64,000 nucleotides of DNA from an uncultured Chloroflexia bacterium. GTDB taxonomy: Bacteria > Chloroflexota > Limnocylindria > Limnocylindrales > CSP1-4. Where the stretch lies: assembly GCA_963748625.1 (NCBI GenBank), contig CAVVJT010000005.1, positions 1 through 64,000 on the forward strand, written 5' to 3'. Below the pieces are notes generated by a model, which was not told the DNA's origin, ran no database searches, and saw only the letters and a list, made by a program, of their open reading frames with translations. Positions within the stretch are counted from its first letter, which is position 1. The number at the start of each line of letters is the position of its first letter. The translations under genes and the position numbers were made by a program. Of this stretch, positions 60,601 through 64,000 are shown in pieces.

Positions 60601-62162
60601 GCGGCGTCGGGCCCCAGGCCCGGGAGCGTGTTCACGAACTTGCGGATGCCCGGCGTGAGGTAGCCGGCTCCGGGGTTGGTGACCGTGATGCCCGTGACGG
60701 CGCCCTTGACGGCGACCGTGGCGGTGGCGCTCGCGCCCTTGTCCGCCACGCCGACGGTGTCGGCGATGGTCACGGTCGGGGCCGAGTCGTAACCCTTGCC
60801 ACCTGACGTGATCGACACGGCGGAGATGCCGATGGTCGCCGTCGCGGTGGCGAACTCTGTGGGCACCTGCTCGCTTGCGTCGGTGATGGTGACGCCCGGC
60901 GCCTTCGTGTACCCGGAGCCCGGGTCGGCGACCTCGATGCCGGTCACGGTGCCGTTGGCGTCCATCGTGGCGGTGGCAGTCGCGCGCACGCCACCCACGG
61001 TGATGTCGGGCAAGGTGATGGTGACGATCGGCTGCGACTGGTAACCGCTGCCGCCGTTGGTGATGACGATGTTGTCAACGCCGCCGCTGGCGGCCGCGGT
61101 CGCCTCGAAGCCGGTGGTGAAGTTGCCGCCCGCGAAGGTGACCGCAGGGGCGGTGAAGCCGAACCCGGCCTCGTCAACGGTGATGCTGTTGACCACGCCC
61201 TCGCTGATCACCGCGGTCGCTGTCGCCTGCGTGGTGGGCGTCATGCCTGGGGCGGTGATGGTGACGGCCGGGGCGTTCAGGTAGCCCTGGCCGGGGCTGG
61301 TGACCGTGATGTCGCTGATGGCGCCCGTCTTGGAGTCGACGGTCGCCGTGGCCGTCGCGCCCTCGCCCGGATCTGTCCGCACGGTGGCGGACAGGGAGTA
61401 GATGCGGTCACGCGCGGCGACGGGGAACAGCGGATCGACGCCCAGGGACACGACGGCGCCGGCGATGGGCGCGTCGGGACCGACCGGGGAGGCGGTCACA
61501 TCGGTGCCGGCCGCCAGGTCGAACGGGATGCCCTTGCCGTACCAGCCGATGACGTCACCGTTCTCCACGGCAACGTTCGGGGTCACGGGGAACGAGACGA
61601 GCTCCGGGACCAGCGGGTCCGCCAGGTTCGGGGCGGTCAGCGGGCCGCTGTCGTACACGACGGTGTACTCGTCGGGGTTCGCCGTGGGCCGCAGCACGTA
61701 GGCATGGAAGATGTCGCCTGAGAGCCCGGGCGTGGGCTCCTGGTTCCAGACCTGGAACCTGCGGAGCATGCCGGCGGGCAGAGCGCTGCCTGCGACAACG
61801 CCGAATGCCGCCTCCGTGTCGGTGGCGGTGGCTCGCGCGACGAGCGGGTTGCCGATCGCAACCGGCGGTGGCGCCGCGATCTCGACGACCGCGTTGACCA
61901 TGACCTGGGGGCTGTTGGCGTAGTTGGAGTACGGGCCGAAGTAGTGGGGAACCGCCGACTCGTCGGTCGCGGACAACGGCAGGTCGCGCGTGGCGCCGTC
62001 CTGGCCGGTCGCCACAGGCTTGACTGCAGCGGGGGCTGGGGCCGGAGGCGCGCCAGCCGCGACCCCTCCATCGGGCCCTGGGCCCGAGCGGGCAGCACCC
62101 GCAGGTACGGTGACGACGAGCAGCATGAGTGCGGCGATAAGCGCCGCAAGACGCCTGAGCAT
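54675..62162 (-). CDS. Giant secreted multicopper oxidase (MofA/OmpB-like) with GxGY repeats, FN3, MBG-like and Ig-like domains
   Basis: Signal peptide MLRRLAAL; HLHGG, FYHDH, HPIHFHL and HCHILSHEEMDMM Cu motifs; about 2495 aa. Confidence 0.92.
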   Translation of the reverse strand: MLRRLAALIAALMLLVVTVPAGAARSGPGPDGGVAAGAPPAPAPAAVKPVATGQDGATRDLPLSATDESAVPHYFGPYSNYANSPQVMVNAVVEIAAPPPVAIGNPLVARATATDTEAAFGVVAGSALPAGMLRRFQVWNQEPTPGLSGDIFHAYVLRPTANPDEYTVVYDSGPLTAPNLADPLVPELVSFPVTPNVAVENGDVIGWYGKGIPFDLAAGTDVTASPVGPDAPIAGAVVSLGVDPLFPVAARDRIYSLSATVRTDPGEGATATATVDSKTGAISDITVTSPGQGYLNAPAVTITAPGMTPTTQATATAVISEGVVNSITVDEAGFGFTAPAVTFAGGNFTTGFEATAAASGGVDNIVITNGGSGYQSQPIVTITLPDITVGGVRATATATMDANGTVTGIEVADPGSGYTKAPGVTITDASEQVPTEFATATATIGISAVSITSGGKGYDSAPTVTIADTVGVADKGASATATVAVKGAVTGITVTNPGAGYLTPGIRKFVNTLPGLGPDAANDQGNYIPVGVPDTTTYPGADYYEIGLVQYRHTFHEDVPPTLLRGYVQLSTDVVPGARAALSNESLDPNGPSTPILLPDGSRARGVDVPHYLGPTIVATKDRPVRILFRNLLPTGVGGDLFLPVDTTLMGAGMGPDSVDLDGAGVPIDTTAEFGSVLDEARNPMCSIEKMDCYSENRATLHLHGGVTPWISDGTPHQWITPADEATRYPEGVSVSNVPDMPDPEPGSMTFFYTNQQSARLMFYHDHAWGITRLNVYAGEAAGYVITDDVEKALTAPGGAMGDDLSTPTVDEGLGIGTPLIIQDKTFVPANIHDTDPTWDTSKWGGEGSLWAPHVYMPAQNPNDPSGMSSFGRWMYGPWFWPPSATAKYQPIDNPYYDPACDLDNPDTWQYQSEPFCEPPQIPGTPNVSVGMEAFNDTPIVNGTAYPKTTVEPKAYRYRILNAANDRFWNLSWYVADPTTGTLSEVALKPAEVEAALTDTAAFPTPDETKSPKGPDWVQIGTEGGFLPSPVTIPAQPTTWITDPTRFDVGNVDQHSLLLAPAERADVIVDFSKYRGKTLILYNDAPAAFPARVACYDYYTGSADLRPACANTTLPGYGPNTRTIMQVKVSNAAPALAWDRPNTTNDRQGRLVAAFKHQADGSGVFESGQNPIIVGQSSYNDAYGSNFAAGGWCSAPTNPSARCDGYARIQEGAKPGDKFKFDTLDGAQLSIPYEPKGIHDEMNSASFDEYGRMTANLGLEAPGATPITQNIILYPYVNPVTEILDANGTPSTLDVTPISSADDGTQIWKITHNGVDTHPIHFHLYDVQVLNRVAWDNNLQPPDPNELGWKDTVRINPLQDTYVAIRPIVPELPFNVPDSRRPLNPMMPIGAQGSQNGVLGTEAGFNNTNAAGAPIAPIVNAIVDFNWEYVFHCHILSHEEMDMMRPVSVKVDSEVPDAPVLTRLPGGPVVLGWTDGTLVDYANLATWTDPKDEVGYKILRATLTAGEPGPYTQIGTALANAVSYTDETATLGTVYRYKVVAWNEAGEGVSNTLDASVALVVTASSPTILYGDPVPTITAAYTPDLPAPVGEATCSTTYTVGDPVGTYATSCTGATPDPIFLGQVFYVDGTLTVGPAPLTITAPSFTVSYGDPKPDPILPAYDGLVAGDLAPATVGTCDTTYAAGSPVSGSPYPVTCTGFADTNYAITLVDGTVTVGKAPATVTAPSLTILYGADAPALTPTYSTGVDPDTTLAVCTTTYVTGDPVGAYPITCDGALDSNYAYTYVDGVLTVDPAPLTITAPSFAVTYGDAVPGPMDPAYAGLVAGDLAPATVGTCTTTYTQGSGVGGSPYPVTCTGFADTNYGITLVDGTVTVAQAALTITASTGTMVYGAAVPAITPIYAGLVAPDTAPATPPACSTTATSTSDTGVYPSTCSGAADPNYTISYAAGTVTITPAPLTITAPSFAVTYGDAVPGPMDPAYAGLVAGDLAPATVGTCTTTYTQGSGVGGSPYPVTCTGFADTNYGITLVDGTVTVAQAALTITASTGTMVYGAAVPAITPIYAGLVAPDTAPATPPACSTTATSTSDTGVYPSTCSGAADPNYTISYAAGTVTVTPAPQAIVFAAQANRTWGTVSFLVSATSTSGLAVAFTSDTPATCMVTGTAVFLVAPGLCTITATQPGNGNWQAAAPVSRSLTILRAPVTIGLSTQFNPTKAGAITSFVATVNNPNPLAGTPTGTLQLVVDGVDTGAAVPVIGSAVVIQTSALTTGNRSITVRYSGDTYFLGATSAALAHTVVAQLTTTTVVVSNDANSVFRQSVTFTATVTPQNGSLGINPGGTVQFTLDGANLGAPQAIDAFGVASITTTGLSVGTHAVRAVYPGDTNYTSSTSAPLAQVVSRASTGTTLTLTTPVSRQNTITYRATVVAVAPGGGTPTGTVRFFRNGNRIGTATLVNGVAVLSYRNTGLNTGTYQMTARYVASTNYAGSTSPVVNQRVTR
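55834..56786. repeat. Near-exact intragenic tandem duplication, 483-bp period
   Basis: 55834-56303 matches 56317-56786 by eye; 161-aa unit equal to two MBG-like domains. Confidence 0.9.
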
Positions 62163-62404
62163 CCCGAATTCCCCTTCCCCGGGCCGGTCTGAGGTACCGG
62201 CATCCAACGGCCCCAATGCCCACACGGCACTCCCAAGGGGCCCTGTGCTGCACCGTAACCGCTCGGCGACCGGCGCCCATCGGGGGAGACCCCTACCCAA
62301 CCACGGAAACCTGTGGTCCGGTACGTACGTGGATTGTCCGTGGCGGATGCGCGCGTCCGCCGGGTGCAGCCGCCCGGCGGAGGGGGCATCATCGCGGGGT
62401 GCCG

Positions 62405-62818
62405 ATGAACGCCGACTTCGAAGCCGCAGACCTGGTCCGGCGCCGCCCGGGTAACCGCCGGGCGCTGGTGCCCGATCCGCAGGTCGCCGGGTTGCTCGCC
62501 CCAGGCGAACTCGTGCTGGCGTCACGTGCCGGCGTGCTCCTCGACCAGCGGGCGCCACGCCGTGAGGAGCCCGACGCGGTGCCCGACGGCGTGTCCGGTG
62601 ATCTCTACATCACGTCAGACCGCCTGCTCCACATCAGCGCGGTGATCGTGGAGGTCCCGCTGGGCGTGATCCTGGAGGCCATCATTACCACCGACACCCT
62701 GTGGCTGCTGCTGGCCGGAGGTGGCAGCTGTGCGGTGCGCGTCCCCGACCCAGCGGTCCTGCGCGTGGAGCTGGCCGCCGCCCGGCGTGGCGATCCGGCC
62801 GGGGAGCCGGTCTCCTAG
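62405..62818 (+). CDS. Hypothetical protein, possible bacterial PH-like domain
   Basis: LAPGELVL...GDLYITSDRLL...EVPL pattern. Confidence 0.6.
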   Translation: MNADFEAADLVRRRPGNRRALVPDPQVAGLLAPGELVLASRAGVLLDQRAPRREEPDAVPDGVSGDLYITSDRLLHISAVIVEVPLGVILEAIITTDTLWLLLAGGGSCAVRVPDPAVLRVELAAARRGDPAGEPVS

Positions 62819-63468
62819 CCCTCCTCGCGGTAGCGGCGGGCCGCCTCGCCCCGGTTGGCGGCATCGAGCTTGTGCAGGATGTTGCTGACGTGCGTCTCCA
62901 CGGTCCGCGGGGAGATCGTCAGCGCGACTGCGATGTCCCTGTCGGACAGGCCGTCGGCAAGGAGGCGCAGCACGTCACGCTCCCGGGCAGTGAGCCCGTC
63001 GAGGTCGCTGCGGTCCGCCGACTGGTCCACCTGGCCCCGCCAGGACACCTGGGCGAGAAGCCGGTGGGCGAGCCGGCGGCTCATGGCCAGCTCCCCGGTC
63101 TGCGTGCCCAGGAGGGCGCGGACGAGCGCGTCCGGGGTCAGGTCCTTGGTCAGGTAGCCACGTGCGCCGTAGCGCATGGCGCTCAGGACGTCGCGATCGC
63201 TCGCCGTCGTGGACAACACCACGATGGAGGTCGCCGGCAGCCGGGGTGCGAGCTCGCGCACGACGGACAGTCCGGAGATGCCGGGGAGCGCGATGTCGAC
63301 GAGGAGGATGTCAGGTGCGATCGACGGTGCGAGCTCGATCGCGGCCTCACCGGTCGCAGCCTCCGCGACCATGTCCATGCCGCCGGGCCCGATCGCCGCC
63401 GCCACGGCACCCCGTACCAGCGGATGGTCGTCCACGATCATCACCCGCAGCCTGACCCCGTCCCTCAC
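62815..63468 (-). CDS. NarL/LuxR-family response regulator
   Basis: IVDDHPLVR, GARGYLTK and LTARERDVL...TVETHVSNILHKL. Confidence 0.95.
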   Translation of the reverse strand: MRDGVRLRVMIVDDHPLVRGAVAAAIGPGGMDMVAEAATGEAAIELAPSIAPDILLVDIALPGISGLSVVRELAPRLPATSIVVLSTTASDRDVLSAMRYGARGYLTKDLTPDALVRALLGTQTGELAMSRRLAHRLLAQVSWRGQVDQSADRSDLDGLTARERDVLRLLADGLSDRDIAVALTISPRTVETHVSNILHKLDAANRGEAARRYREEG

Positions 63469-64000
63469 GGCGTACCCCCTTCACTGTGGCCTGATCCGGG
63501 CTTCGATCCGGTCGGTGCGGTCACCTGGATGCGCGACCCGTCACCGGGCCGCGACGCGATGCGGACGCGGCCCCCGATGAGCGCGGCCCGCTCCCGCATG
63601 GACACCAGGCCGAACGCGCCGTCGCGCACGCCAGCCGGATCGAATCCCCGGCCATTGTCCACCACGCGCAGCGTGAGCCGTCCGGGCCGGATGGCGAGGC
63701 GGACCCCGACCATTGTCGCCTCCGCGTGCCGGGCGACGTTGGTGAGCGCCTCCTGGACGATACGCAACACCTCGGCCTGGGTGCGGGGCGCCACGGGCAG
63801 TCGCTCATCACCGTCCCAGGAGAACTCGACCCGGAGGCCGTAGCGGTCGGCCGACTCGTCCACGGTCCGGCGCACCAGCTCGGGGAACGTCGGCTCTCCG
63901 GTGCCCACGGAGCGCAGGGCGGCGACCGCCTGGCGTGCCTCACCGAGGCCCGCGTCGACGGCGGAGGCCGCCGCGAGCGCCGAGGCACGCGCCGCGGGCG
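63465..64000 (-). CDS. NarX-type sensor histidine kinase, C-terminal part (truncated by window end)
   Basis: RIVQEALTNVARHA, DNGRGFD and FGLVSMRER. Confidence 0.9.
   Translation of the reverse strand, partial: PAARASALAAASAVDAGLGEARQAVAALRSVGTGEPTFPELVRRTVDESADRYGLRVEFSWDGDERLPVAPRTQAEVLRIVQEALTNVARHAEATMVGVRLAIRPGRLTLRVVDNGRGFDPAGVRDGAFGLVSMRERAALIGGRVRIASRPGDGSRIQVTAPTGSKPGSGHSEGGTP

Noticed and set aside
60650-61350. Phage structural gene suggested by GxGY repeats
   Set aside because: In-frame part of the oxidase; no phage genes nearby.

Overview
Very GC-rich bacterial chromosomal window, densely coding (about 56 CDS). The gene style (F420 enzymes, many lipoproteins, PyrR, CtaA-CtaB fusion) suggests Chloroflexota, perhaps Limnocylindria-like; this taxonomy is inference only. 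Housekeeping content: pyrimidine genes split into three blocks (pyrR-pyrB-pyrC, pyrK-pyrD, pyrE; no carAB or pyrF here), argF/arcB-arcC, xth, lipB, a beta-CASP RNase, a heme A/O synthase fusion, MarR-MFS, an ECF sigma/anti-sigma pair and two two-component systems. I saw no rRNA, tRNA, CRISPR array, transposase or integrase. Most notable observations: (1) a ~2,495-aa multicopper oxidase with adhesin-like stalk domains and a near-exact 483-bp internal duplication, in a locus with a kinase whose sensor region looks disordered and a Cys-motif secreted protein; (2) a 109-aa protein resembling an amidohydrolase beta-sandwich with the catalytic barrel missing; (3) a GalT/HIT protein with Cys in place of the nucleophilic His; (4) an archaeal-type ACT-DUF5612 protein; (5) two paralogous surface proteins carrying three copies of an unrecognised Cys-containing module; (6) a RanBP2-type zinc finger on a membrane protein; (7) an AAGCATCCCAA inverted-repeat family; (8) shared ECF-type promoters ahead of three lipoprotein genes; (9) widespread leaderless-type starts; (10) a tandem PyrR-loop leader with an 8-codon uORF. 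Start codons were picked by eye and family calls rest on motif recognition, not database searches.
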